Part shown: positions 12,306 to 24,200 of the stretch, in pieces | How positions within the stretch are numbered: position 1 is the stretch's first letter | Layout: each line of letters begins with the position of its first letter | NCBI GenBank assembly: GCA_002256025.1 | Contig: NKIB01014149.1 | Location: forward strand, 1-46,680 | DNA length: 46,680 nucleotides | Direction: 5' to 3' | From: Asterionella formosa | Taxonomy: Eukaryota | Notes under the pieces: generated by a model | Database searches by the model: none | The model's input: the letters and a program-made list of their open reading frames with translations, nothing else | What the model was told of the DNA's origin: nothing | Program-made: the position numbers and the translations under genes

Positions 12306-12671
12306 CGTAGGCTGTTGCTTTCTTGGCAATGAATGTGAGGGACGAATGCAGTGTGGGATCGATTTTGACCTTCCTGTGATAGGGGAATTGCGCGCTGGGA
12401 TAATATTTGTATTCTACGTTCATTCCATTATTTTGCAATATAATATATATATTCGAACGTAGACAGCCACTGAGGATCAAGTATCGCCGGTAAAACTCGT
12501 AGCTTGGTAATTTTTTCCGGTCACGAAACTCCTCTTGTCTTGCTTGCGGCCTCCTTGTGCTTGTTTTCGTTTTACAACGGACGGCCAGGTGCAACAAGGA
12601 ACAAACCAAATTTTGGATTATTGCTTCACGGTGATTCGTGATTGTGATGATACTTGGCGGGCTGGGATTGG

Positions 12672-12728
12672 GCCTGGCTGGCTGACTGGCTGGCTGGCTG
12701 GCTGACTGGCTGACTGGCTGGCTGGCTG
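12672..12728. repeat. (GGCT/GACT)n tetranucleotide microsatellite
   Basis: ggctggctgactggctggctggctggctgactggctgactggctggctggctga. Confidence 0.9.
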
Positions 12729-13223
12729 ATCATGATTGTTAACAATTGGGTTGTTCGCAAATGATATATATCTACGTAGGCACATGTTTGTGCAGTAAGT
12801 ATGGACCATGACCCGAATTGCTACGAGTCTTCTCCGAGTAGTCTCGATAAAAGTATGATTGATATGCCGTGCCTAGGTACCAGGTACTTGTAGATAGAAT
12901 TTATGTTCCACTACGTACATACTGTATACAGTGCGTTAATACCGTAGTAGTAATATGCATTTCTAGTCTAGTAAAAATTTTTAATTGTTTGTAGTTCTGT
13001 AAAAATATCGAACAAATAAATTTATTAGAAATACATGATAGATGTCAGTATATAGCATGCACCCCTCTAAGCAAACTTCAAGTGTTAGCCCTGTTGAGAA
13101 GCAAAACTAGCTACAAGTCTAGTCAGTGATCCTGATGATTTGTGGAATAGCTATAGGTATGAAAAGTATGAACAACACAATTTTTTTCAGTAGGTTATTT
13201 ACCCCCACCAGGTCGTTTGGTGC

Positions 13224-13314
13224 TAGCTACAAGTAGCATCACAAGCATTTGACAAAATGAATGGTACTAGCTACAAGTAGTATCGCAAGCATTTGGCAAA
13301 ATGAATGGTACTAG
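13224..13314. repeat. Tandem duplication of a 44-bp unit
   Basis: TAGCTACAAGTAG(C/T)ATC(A/G)CAAGCATTTG(A/G)CAAAATGAATGGTAC at 13224 and 13268. Confidence 0.85.
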
Positions 13315-14839
13315 TAGGAGCTAGCTACTAGTACATCATCTAAGCCGCGTATTACTTGAAGTGACCATCACGTAAATAAGCCTAGTTGATTTTGAATGGA
13401 TCACATGAATTAATTGAATACATCAAAATGCTTTCTTGAATACATCTATATATTGTCTGAATACATCAAGTTAATTATTTGATCAGAGTATCATGCATGC
13501 ATTCCTGATCATCACTATATTACGTGATCACCTTCACATAATTATTTGAAATACTTCAATTAATTCTGTAATTTAGTTCACATTGCCTTATAATTTTGTT
13601 CATGTAATTCTATAATTTAGTTCATGAAATGTATTAAATTTGTTTATGTAATTTAAAAGTAATTTCAAATATGTTGATTACTAATTCAACTACCGGTATT
13701 TCACATTACATGGGAAACAAATCTCGATATGCAATCAAACAAAGCAGTTCTTTCAGAATGGCATCTTCAGTCTTGAGAAGGCAGGCATTATGAGACGTCT
13801 GTAAGGACAGTGCAAGATAAACAGAATCCATTCATTCGGAATGAAAAATTATTCATTAATTATTCATTCTTGAAGAGCAGGCATCACCACGGTGCGAAAT
13901 TGCAGCAGGAATGCATCACACTGGCTTCCTTCTTGTCCTTGAAATAACTTCTTCATTGACCTGCAAAGATTTAAATAACAACAGTGTGTCACGTATTTCA
14001 TTTAGTAGAACTAGCAACAGCAGAAAGCAACACACACATGTGCAATTCAACTTTTTCACAGAGCAGTCAAATTGACAGCAAGACACCGGCATTATCCACC
14101 AGACAGCACCGCAACTCGCTGATGCATTCAAAAGAATGCTCCTGTTGTGAAATGGACGGCTAAAATGTAAAATAAATGTAGAGAACAATAACAAAAGCGT
14201 GTGATTTATCGCTCGCTTTGCTGATGTGATGACAAAAACTGAGGATTAAGCTTACCTAAAATCATGTGATTGCAGGTAGGCACGATTACATGCTGGTTAA
14301 ACACCATATGAACAAAAAAGAGTAGCCCCTTTTAGTCCATATACCAGTAGACTAAAATGAAAATCTGTTCATACTTGCCTATTATGGGCAAGGGTTCATT
14401 TGTGCTAGTAAATACCAACACAACTTGTGCTTCCCTGTTGCTGGTACAGATCGGTCCCCAACTACCTTTTGCAAAAACGTCGATGTTGCAGCCACAGCAG
14501 TAGGGGAAACGGTGACTGCTTAGGAAGCCAGTATATGCTACTAGCACACTGGGCAAGATGTGGCAGGTGACAAGCAGTCTACTGGGAATTGAGCCCAGCA
14601 ATTGTTTCTCAAAGACAATGAACCTCTGATCAAAGAAGATGTGCTTAACCATAAAGCCATCTTTCTTGTTGGACACCAGAAGGCAATTCACAAAAAGTAT
14701 TTTATATAAATAAATAACAACTTGAACCAAGCTACACGATTTACAGTACAAATAATTTGTATACTATCTCAACATAGTATGAATACCAATGCCCTGATGA
14801 GTTATCGAATAGGTAAATAAAGCTATTAGTTTGATGGAT

Positions 14840-15400
14840 TACCTTTATCTAGAACATCAATTGTGTCTCCAAATTAGCATGACACCATGGCCATTTGATT
14901 GCAGTTCCATTATATCCATTGTGATTTTATTGATAATCAAAATAGACTAAGAAGGGAGAAAAATTCTTTTGGAAAAGGCGTTCTCTTTTTCAGTTCCATG
15001 TACATCAATTGCGGCTTCCTTGTTAGAATAAATTGAGCCTAGCCTGTTGCTGTTGACTGTCTAAAGAATATTATCATCAGGGTGTCGGAGCAAATTGTGT
15101 TCTCTTGCAAAGAATTAAATACTGATCATTACAGCAGCACCCTCATCCTTTGGTAGTAGTAGGGTTCTCTCTTGCCATTCTTGGTACCTGTCCAAATCTT
15201 GGTATTCAACATAAACTGTTTGATGTTTGATTCTTGCTATCCAGCAATCATAACAGCATCTTGCGCTTCATTATTCTTTTGCACAATACAATTATCTTCC
15301 ATTGGATGATATGGTGAGGTCTTCAAGTTTTTTAGCATGAAATTCGACAATAAGGATTCCATTATCACCAGTGTGTTTTCTAAGACCTAGTAGTTACATC
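14840..15400 (-). pseudogene. Highly degenerate IS630/Tc1-like DDE transposase fragment (central part)
   Basis: Frameshifted translation fragments: KIWTG, LLPKDEGAAVMIS, AREH, NKEAAIDVHG, SPFLVYFDY, NHNGY, DTIDVL. These resemble a transposase family I recall from diatom genomes; many stops; boundaries approximate. Confidence 0.45.
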
Positions 15401-16545
15401 TGGCTTTTCATAGTATGGTCTGCTGATACAAGCAACCTGGTGTGCTTTCCTAGTTTTGTTAACATAGGTGAGTCCCCAATCACCTTTTGCAAAAGATTTC
15501 TGTCTTAGCTGCAGCATTACGGCGCACTAAGTTGATCTTATGATGGTCAGGGATTTTGGGCCTAAAAAAGCATGTGTGCATGCAGTGATGTTAATATGCC
15601 ATCAAAATTTAAAAAATATCATACAAATGTACCAGGTAATAGTATGCACATAAGCACTGTACAAAATTTTAAATATGTTCCATACAAAGTGTAACATGTA
15701 CCAAAGGTGGTGTACAGCAGTCCTGTTGTTTATTGTATTTATGCACATTCTACTGAACATCATCCATTCATTTGGGACAATTTACACTTCTTGCATTGTA
15801 AAAATCCCAAAGCAATGCATTGCGGGCCATTGCACTGATGCATTATCTGATGCCCTGGCATGTTTTGACATTTCTCTAGAAACCCAGAGCCATGCCCTGA
15901 AGATACTGAATCTCAGCCACTATGCAGGTTATCATGAATAAATTGGACACTTTTGCAAACCAATTCCCACCAATGTCGTAGGAACCATGGTGCCTCTAGA
16001 AAGGATAATAGTGAATAAGCATGCTTGCCGAGAATTGACTGTGTCTTCAGCTGCAGCATGACCATGCTGAGATGGGTCATTATGAATGGCATCAACTCCA
16101 AGTATATGCTGCAAAGGACATCCACTGACTATGAAATGGGCCAATGTGGATCTAGATAGAATAAGGCAGTAGCAATTTTATCAAGGAATCATTTGCCAGT
16201 TTTCAAGGGCAAAGAAGGCAGCCACCCAAGGTTTATTCTTTAGCTCATAAGATGAACCTTTGTACTGGTGTTAGTCAACTTTCTCCCTCCTGGCATGAAT
16301 GGAAGCAATTGAAGTCAAATCAATTAAAGTCAATTACTACAAACCTGTAGTCCTTAGTTACATTACATGCTTATGACTTTTTTCAAAAAATACATATGAT
16401 TGCATGACCATCTGAAATGATGCGATGGGCAGAAGGGCAAATGTGACTTCAACTATTGTCTTGCTTAGCTACCACAAACTCAATTACATGAAAGGCATGC
16501 TTCTACAAGTGTAGCAGGATATTGCGATGAATCAAAAGTAAAGTT

Positions 16546-18169
16546 CTAAAGCTCCTTTTCCTCTCGTTCTGGTGGAATATTTTTGGCACCCAGGGACTCC
16601 AGAAATTTGACAACTTCATTTTCCTTGCCATGTCTATTTATTCCCCACCACAAAGCACTTCCACCAACACCACCTTGAGTTCTTGCATTCACATCACTTC
16701 CCTTTTCGACCAAAAATTTAACAATGTCAATATTGCCTGAACGGACCCCTTCATGCAGTGGCGTCCATCCGTTGGCATCCATGGCATTAACAACCTCTTC
16801 ATGTGCACCAACAACTAGTTGGAGTGTGTCCAAATTCTGCTCTGAAGCAGCTCGGTGTGCTTCAGTGGCGCCAGGAGATACTCTTTCGCTCTGCATAATG
16901 GTATAACCATCCGGATTGCGAGCTCTCCAGTTGCTTTCTTCCAGGGAGCCAGGAATTACGTAGGGTGGGAGCTCACTGGTGCCATCTATGATATCACAGC
17001 CAGTGCATCCAATGGGTTCGAAATGGATAAAAACATTTGCCATGAAGCGACCTTTGAGAGGGAATGGGCGGCCTGCGATGCGTTTCGAATGGAATCATGT
17101 CCATTAAATCGAATGTCTATTTCACACGAACGCAATACACAAAGAATTTGACACACAGTACGCACCATGAAGAATTGAATGACTTTCGTACAAAACTAAA
17201 TCTCCAGGCAACATGGTCACATTGTGAGCTTTACCATCGTGCCCAATGACTTCAAGAGGCCATGGCTCATCAAGATCTTGATCGACATTGATAATGGCGG
17301 AACTAACCAAAGGCAAACGGTCGACGTGGGTTGCCAAAACTGCTCCTTCCTTGTAAATTCGAATTCCTGTGCAATAATCATGTCAGTGAATATATTTGAG
17401 CCTCACCGTTTCAGTTCCCGCACCACTCTTACCGTACAAACTACATTCTGCTAACTGCTGACCAGTCCACTCTTGAATTGTATCCCTCGCTGCATTCCAA
17501 ATGTGCTGCTTCAATACAAATCCTCCGTGTTTCAACGACTTGTCTTCCACCCCAATCATTTCCGAGGGAGATTCCCAGTGATTGACATATGTATTTCCAG
17601 CCGGCCAATTTTCTCGCTTAGCCTTGTCCTTGTTGGCCTCCCAAAACTCCAAAAGCAATTTCATTACACTGTCCGGGGCTCTGATTTTGGTAAACCCTAA
17701 TTCGGTGTAATTCTACGGTGTTTGGAGTTTTGGTGAGTGCGTCATTCACATTATCTCTTAATACAAAAACATACATCCAATATACTTCCGTGACCGTGAG
17801 TTCACCGCACAATTACCGATCCGATTTCATCACTGAACTCACCACCATACCTTGAGGCTGACGAAGGCTCATCTGAACACGATCGGCCTCGCTATCATCA
17901 CAGCGTTCTGCCTTGCCCGAGGCTTCATAAAATTGACGGCATCCATCAATAATATTGTTATACATGGTTTGTTTGTCTCCTAATGGCTGAACCACCATGC
18001 CTTCATACTCTGGTGGGGTCGGGAGACTGGGATCGAGATTGTGAGGCAGCCACGCATAGTTTGTCGACACATTTACGTGATGAATAGGATACGAAACGTC
18101 GACACCGTAGTCAATGGCAAAGGCCGATTGACTAAAAAACAACGTGAGAGCGGCAGCAAAGCGCATCAT
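16546..18169 (-). CDS. Signal-peptide 2OG-Fe(II) oxygenase-like plus ankyrin-repeat protein, paralog 3; exons 18169-17843, 17712-17433, 17366-17166 and 17072-16546
   Basis: Signal peptide MMRFAAALTLFFSQSAFA; three GT-AG introns (17842-17713, 17432-17367, 17165-17073) give a continuous ORF collinear with paralog 2; ends EKEL. Confidence 0.88.
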
Positions 18170-18671
18170 GGAGTTGAGATGGAACAGCTCTCAAGGCAGA
18201 TGAGCGATGGCAGAATGACAAGTCGTTGATTTTGCCTTCAGCTATTGTATTTATATCTGGCATGTACTCCAGGAAGGTACCTGGTAGCAGGAACCTGGTA
18301 CTGGTACGAAGTACCAGTATCAGTGATTGTTGTTACTGTTGGGCTAGGGCTAGGGTTAGTGAGGGATCGAATTTGATTGGCATGTGGTACGGAGTACCAT
18401 GTGAATGGGTACAGAACCATACCGGTATGTAGCGTATTATTTAGCTTAAGTGTTATTAAGGTTCCTGCATTTGAACCCCTGGCTCGAGGTAGGGTTAAAA
18501 ACATAATATTGAGTCCGAGTAGTCAAACCAACACTTCTTACGAGAAAAACGTAAATGTATATCGCTAAACGGAGCTTTCACCAATTAACACCCTTTCCAT
18601 ATGCTTAGATACAGTCTTCTGACAAATTGGGGGTATAGGTCAACGCTGTATATCGTCAGGACATAGGATCT

Positions 18672-18794
18672 GGCGAGAAACTGCAGAAAGGAACTTAGGT
18701 TTTTAAACTATGCTGAAAATAGTGGATTTTACCAGGCCAACTCGTCTATTTGGCCTAGTAAAAAAAACGAAGTTCCTTTCGGCAGTTTCTCGCC
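18672..18794. repeat. Subterminal 25-bp inverted repeat with an inner hairpin
   Basis: GGCGAGAAACTGCAGAAAGGAACTT pairs with AAGTTCCTTTCGGCAGTTTCTCGCC (1 mismatch); inner TTTTACCAGGCCAA / TTGGCCTAGTAAAA. Confidence 0.85.
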
Positions 18795-19028
18795 GAAAGT
18801 TAACTTCTGGGGCAATATGAAGATTACCTATGTACTTAACTCTTCTTCAAACCCTGCCAAGGTTGAGCTATTGTTGTTCAAAAATTCGACAATATCAGCC
18901 TTTTCAACAGTCACCAAAATGTCGGAATCTAATCACCAAAATATCATCATCGGAATAGCAGTCTTGTGATTCGATTTTTCGTCCTACAATCGCCTGTACA
19001 AAAAATTCCATTGTAAGTGCACGCTTCA

Positions 19029-19973
19029 CTATAAATATTTTGATTGGGTTTTTTGTACACCGTTAAGCCCTGTCACTCTGTAGTCTAGTATCTTTTTCGT
19101 GTAGCCGCCAATACAAAAATCATGTCCACTTACAGAGCTGTACTTATTCCCGCTGGACCGCTGCTGCCAGCCCATATCGTAACTAACAGTGAGTTGAGGC
19201 ATATTCAGTACAGACAAGCGATCCGTACCAGTCAGACACTTCCACCACTGAAAATCACGTCCTATGTCAGCCCAGTCTCCTTGTTCATGCACAATGAGTG
19301 TCAGATATATTTCCTCCTGACAAGCCTCTTTCATTGCAAGAGCGGTTGCAGTAGCTTCAGCGTTTCCTACCAGTTCCTCTACTGCACCAAAGTTACCTTG
19401 CGTAGACCAAAATCCAAAGGTAAGTGGAAGATTCATTGCGGAGCAGATGATATCTGCATCTGCTGGTCCCATTCCGGCTTCGTGACAACCCAAAATAAAC
19501 TGTTTGTTGATAGAAAAGTGTTTTGCTTCTATTGCGTTATTTCTTATCTCATCATTTCTGTCTCCATTGCTGTTGCTTCTTGCAGGTTCGAGTTTAGAAA
19601 TCATTTTCTGACAGGTCAAACAAGAGACTTTGAGTTCGCTTGCAAAGCCGTAAATTTTGGTAGAGACAAGAACAATCAACGATTGTATCATTGTTAAAAT
19701 CGGAACAAAGTCAAACACATCCTGTTCCAGAAATGCTTCACATCGCTGTTCAATGGACAGCTTTTGTTGTCTATTTGATGTAAAGTAAGTTACAAAGTCA
19801 CGAAGTGATTGTTTGCAATATTCTTTTACAAATTTATTAACACAACTTTTGCAATACATATCTTCCTGCAGAAATTTTGACAATGTATGATAGTCGATTA
19901 TATGATTCATGTTCAGTTGAGAGCAGTCTGTTTTAATTGGTGACAATGTGATGATTGCTAGTTCTTGAAACAT
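19029..19973 (-). pseudogene. Truncated DDE transposase (Mutator-like/Kolobok type)
   Basis: CKSC...GFASELKVSCLTC zinc motifs, INKQFILG and VSYDMGWQQRSSGNKYSSVSGH..CIGGYTKKILDY (first catalytic Asp region); similarity stops right after, so the rest of the DDE domain is missing. Confidence 0.75.
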
Positions 19974-20034
19974 CGTACGTCGGTGGATTGAAGTTCTTGA
20001 TTTACTAATGAAATAAATGAAAATCGTAAAAACA

Positions 20035-20536
20035 CTAATCACTAACAGATTTAGAACATTTAGAACGTTTGGAAGTTGGTTTGAAACCAGTGTACACTTC
20101 GTTTGGGTCCTTGTTCTTCGCTCAAAAGAGATCGAACCCCCTTCAAACAACAGTCAAGAAGTTGCATCCGAACACCTTTTCCCAATGGACCACTGAAAAC
20201 TCTGATTAGAAACTTGTACAGAAGGTTGCGGGCTCTTGATGCTGTAATGTCTTCATCCTTCAACCTGGTAAGAATGGATTCACCTTCCAGAAACTTCTCC
20301 ACCAACTCTTCGACTTCATCCCATCGGCACTGATATTTAGGGCAGCAAAAATCGCAGCATTCGCAGAAGATGCGATCCTCACATCCCTCCACATAAAACT
20401 CTACAATCAACCGGTCTTGCCAGGTAGGACAACTATCATGACTGTAGTTAAATTCGTCATTGCCGTTGTCATCATTTTGATGTGTAATTTCGCTCATGGT
20501 TGATTGTTGCTTTTTTTGTTTCTTACCGGTAGTCAT
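20035..20536 (-). pseudogene. KolX-like / P2X7 C-terminal-domain-like Cys-rich protein, frameshifted near its C-terminus
   Basis: CECCDFCC...RARNLLYKFLIRVFSGPLGKGVRMQLLDCCLKGVR; the expected terminal 'YTGFK' is in another frame (KDPNEVYTGFKP...TAG at 20035). Confidence 0.6.
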
Positions 20537-20859
20537 CAACAATATTTGCCATGCTGCCAGCTCGTCTGACACATACATGTTGATTGTATGATAGGGTATA
20601 TAAACATTGAGCAATGGAGAATGTTTATGTATATATTTATTGAATTCAAAAAGGAATCTATGTATGTATGCGCAAATTTCCAGTGATTTAAATATTTCAA
20701 ATGGAATCACATCTTTCAAAATTAACTCATAAAAATTCTTAGTTTCAGGGAATTTCGGCAACCCTAAGCAATATTTTAATTTTTGCCTAGGGGTTCAAAT
20801 ACAGGACCTTCCATTTAAAGTCTAAGTACTGGTAGTCCACATGTGGACTAGCGGTATAG

Positions 20860-21045
20860 CAGGTACGGAGTACCCTGGTACTCGTACCTGGTAAACAAGA
20901 AGTTCCCATAAAACACGTTTTGTACTTAAAAAAAACCGGTCGCTATATATCTCGATTGCCTGGGGGACCGGGTGCCTGGTACCTGGAGCCCTGTACCCGT
21001 ACTCCAAACTGATGGTACCTGGTACCTGGTACCCTGGTACCGTTA
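20860..21045. repeat. GGTACC-rich tract upstream of the CAP-D3 gene
   Basis: Multiple GGTACC and CCTGGTAC units, e.g. ggtacctggtacctggtaccctggtacc. Confidence 0.75.
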
Positions 21046-21274
21046 TAAGTTATACGTAGTACATATGTATTGTTTGGTGGTGATGCAACAAAAGGCAGAG
21101 CTATAAAATTCAAACTGTATGCCACTCCTGGTTTGAATTGAAGGTGGCGGTTCATTAAAAATCACTTCCTTCACATGGTGCTTTGTCCCTTACTTACTTC
21201 TTGTGATTGCTGCTGACACTTCCCTCTTTGCTTCTAGTCATATTACTGGTACTTCCAAGTAGATTCCAAGTATA

Positions 21275-24200
21275 ATGGAAGAATCGGAGCCCAATAGCGC
21301 GATGAAGGACATAGTTATATCAATTCTGAAATGTGCCGACAGTCCTGAAAATGATGAGACGATGTGCCATATCGAATCTCTTTGTTCTTCGTTGCTTTCG
21401 AAGCTTCCTGATCGAAAATTTTATCCAGAAAAATCATCCCTCAAGAGTAGGTCTGTCCGTGACGTTTTGGGAAATCTTCCATCAACTATGATCGCGAAAT
21501 TCACAACTGTAATAGCAAATCTCATCGCGTATCGAGTCGATCCTCTTGCTTTCCTCCCAGCGACACAAGATACAGTTGCCAACGAAGACGCTATGACGAA
21601 TACGGCCATTACTCTTACATCTCAGAGCTTTCTTGCAGCTAAACTATATGCAGAACTAGTTGCTATGCCTGGTAGCTGTGGGGCAGGCATCATCCAAGTA
21701 GGAGCCTTGAGCAGCCTGGCAGCTTTCATGAAGCGATGGAATGTCGAATGTTGCGGGAATATGAATGTAAATTGCGACGATGAAATTCATGGATACTCCA
21801 ATAAGCGCAAAACTGATACACGCACAGCAACGTATACGAAAAGATCAAGGACCGTTGATGTAGACACTGACGATTCGGATACCGAGGATTTTGGTGGCGC
21901 TCTGGATGGAGCATCCACGAACGTCATTTTAACTCCTTATGAGCTGAAATTCAAAGGGCTTGATTTGTCTTCCTCTGTAGCTGCCATTCTATTTCTCAAG
22001 GAGCTTCAAAGCTGGTCTGACGAAGCCAGGGAGGTAGTTATTGAATGTACTGTTAATGCCTTGATGACAGCATCTGCTATCGCTTCTGCGGGCCTTACTG
22101 CAAGTAAGTCTGGCAAGCGTTATATACATGGCAATGACGTCGTTCTGTTGCTTTCAAGCAGCTTGCAAACATGTGCAATCAACGCGTCCCTATTTGAAGC
22201 AAGCGTCGATGATGATGACGAAACTGTGTCAACCAACAAGGGGGGACAAACAAACGTGTTTATTCTCCGTGGCCTCTTACCTGTTATTGCCATGCAGACC
22301 GAAGTTCCATACGGTCAAAATGGAAAACAAGCTGCTCGGGATATCTCTGTCTCTACCCTGGAAGAAATTATTAAGCAAGTTTCCAAGGAATGTGAACTTC
22401 AAGTTAAGAATATGTTAAACAGTTCTGGAGCATTGAGTGTCATGAAGACTCCGATGAGCTTTAAACATCGTTCACATACAGATGGAATTGACGTTTCAGA
22501 ACACGGTGAAAAAGGACGCGAATTATTCGATTGTCAACCTTCCACTCCGAAGACTTCTCGGAAGAAGAAGCGAGTATCTTTTGGAATAATAAACGGAAAG
22601 AGAGTTACCAAACTCAACACTCCAATTCTCAAAGTGACCAATACTCCAACCAGGATTCACTCCTGTCAGTCGAAAAGTGAAGAGATACCTAATCAATCCA
22701 AAGAGATACCTCGTCTCATGTTGACTGCAGTAGTCGGTCTTCTTCAGCGACTCGCTGCTTTCAAGGGTCTCGACAGGGCGGCAGTCCGTGCTCAGACCAT
22801 TGACGCGATTATGAGATGCCTTAGTCATTTGCCCAGGCACGAACGTGCTTGCTTTCTACGTTTCTTGATCCAGATTTGTCTCTCAAAGGTTTCGATTCAT
22901 AGGCTGGTCGGCGTTGAATTGGTTGGGTCTTGTCTCTCAAAGGTATGGTTTTGGAATGACCACAGCGAAGCGAATGCCTCGTTGAATGTGAGAACTCCTG
23001 TATCTTCGGCAGCAAGGAAAACCCTCAGTCAAGATTCATCTTTACCTCGTGGTGAAGCTCTTGAAAAAAGCATGCCGATTGCATTATTGGGATGTTTGAA
23101 TGGTCGCTTGGGCGACAAAGCACCTGCAGTTCGTGCTCGAGCTGCCTACGCAGTCACTGAGATGATTCGATCATTCGAAGCAATACCTGTGAAAGAGAAC
23201 GACGAAGAAATGTGCATCATGCCTAAGTTTGCTTTTGCAATGCGAATGATTGGAGGCGATATCTTGGAGAGCTTGCGCAAGCGATCCGCACTAGATTCGA
23301 GAGCAACTGTGCGAAGGGGAGCTATAAATGCTTTGTCAGCACTACTTATGTTTGGATCACAACACGAACCTTCTTTGATGGTCTCAGACATTGAGATTCA
23401 AATGTTGTCCCATTTGTGTATCGATGAATCTGTAGCCACTCGAAAGGCTGCAGCCGAGGCCTTGACGAGCCTTTTGGAAATGGAAGAGCATTGCCAAAGT
23501 CCATGTTCTACAGTTCTTGAAAACGCTTGGACATCGTCTGTTCTTCCCCTTATTCTCGATGTCGAACCTGCATGTGTCAGTACGGCTCTCGATTGTTTCT
23601 ATCGCATAGTTATCGAGCCTGTCATAAATATGAAAGGAAAGACGGATGACCCGCCGAAGTTTCATATCATTTACGAGACCGCGTGGAGAATACTGGCTCG
23701 CATTAACGTCAATAGTTTCAATGAAGGAGCCACAAAGGGTGAATATGAATCGCTTCGCGAAGTTTTCCGGAAGGCCACGGAACATTATGGGGATGCTGCA
23801 ATGATCAATTTTTTCAATGAGTTGCGAGACGTTGCGCGTCGTTCACTGGATGGCGATGCAACTTCCGAGCACCTCAATAGGCTTCGAAGTGGTTGCTGGT
23901 GTATTTTCGGTGCGCTCACTGATCAGGCGAAGGATATTCCAATATTCACAAACTGGATCAAAAGAAAATCGGTCGGGTTTGACTTTCTGACAAGTTCTTG
24001 GCAATCAATGATTGAATTGTATGAGTCCGACATGCCCGAAGAATTTGTTTCTTCGCTTCACTCTAGTATGCGCTTCTGCCTTCGTTTTATCGCCAAGATT
24101 GCTTCTCACCTCCATATTCATCAATTCCAAGACTTTTCCAATAGCTTGATTGCATTGGTGGGGTCATTTTCCATTGGTCCTGAGCTGCTTGGAGCTGCCA

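Larger units (their letters stand above)
18460..20808 (-). mobile_element. Kolobok-like DNA transposon, internally deleted, with ~20-bp TIRs and two ORFs
   Basis: Left end TTAA|GGTTCCTGCATTTGAACCCCT (18460-18480); right end AGGGGTTCAAATACAGGACC (20789-20808); encloses transposase-like and KolX-like ORFs. Confidence 0.7.
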
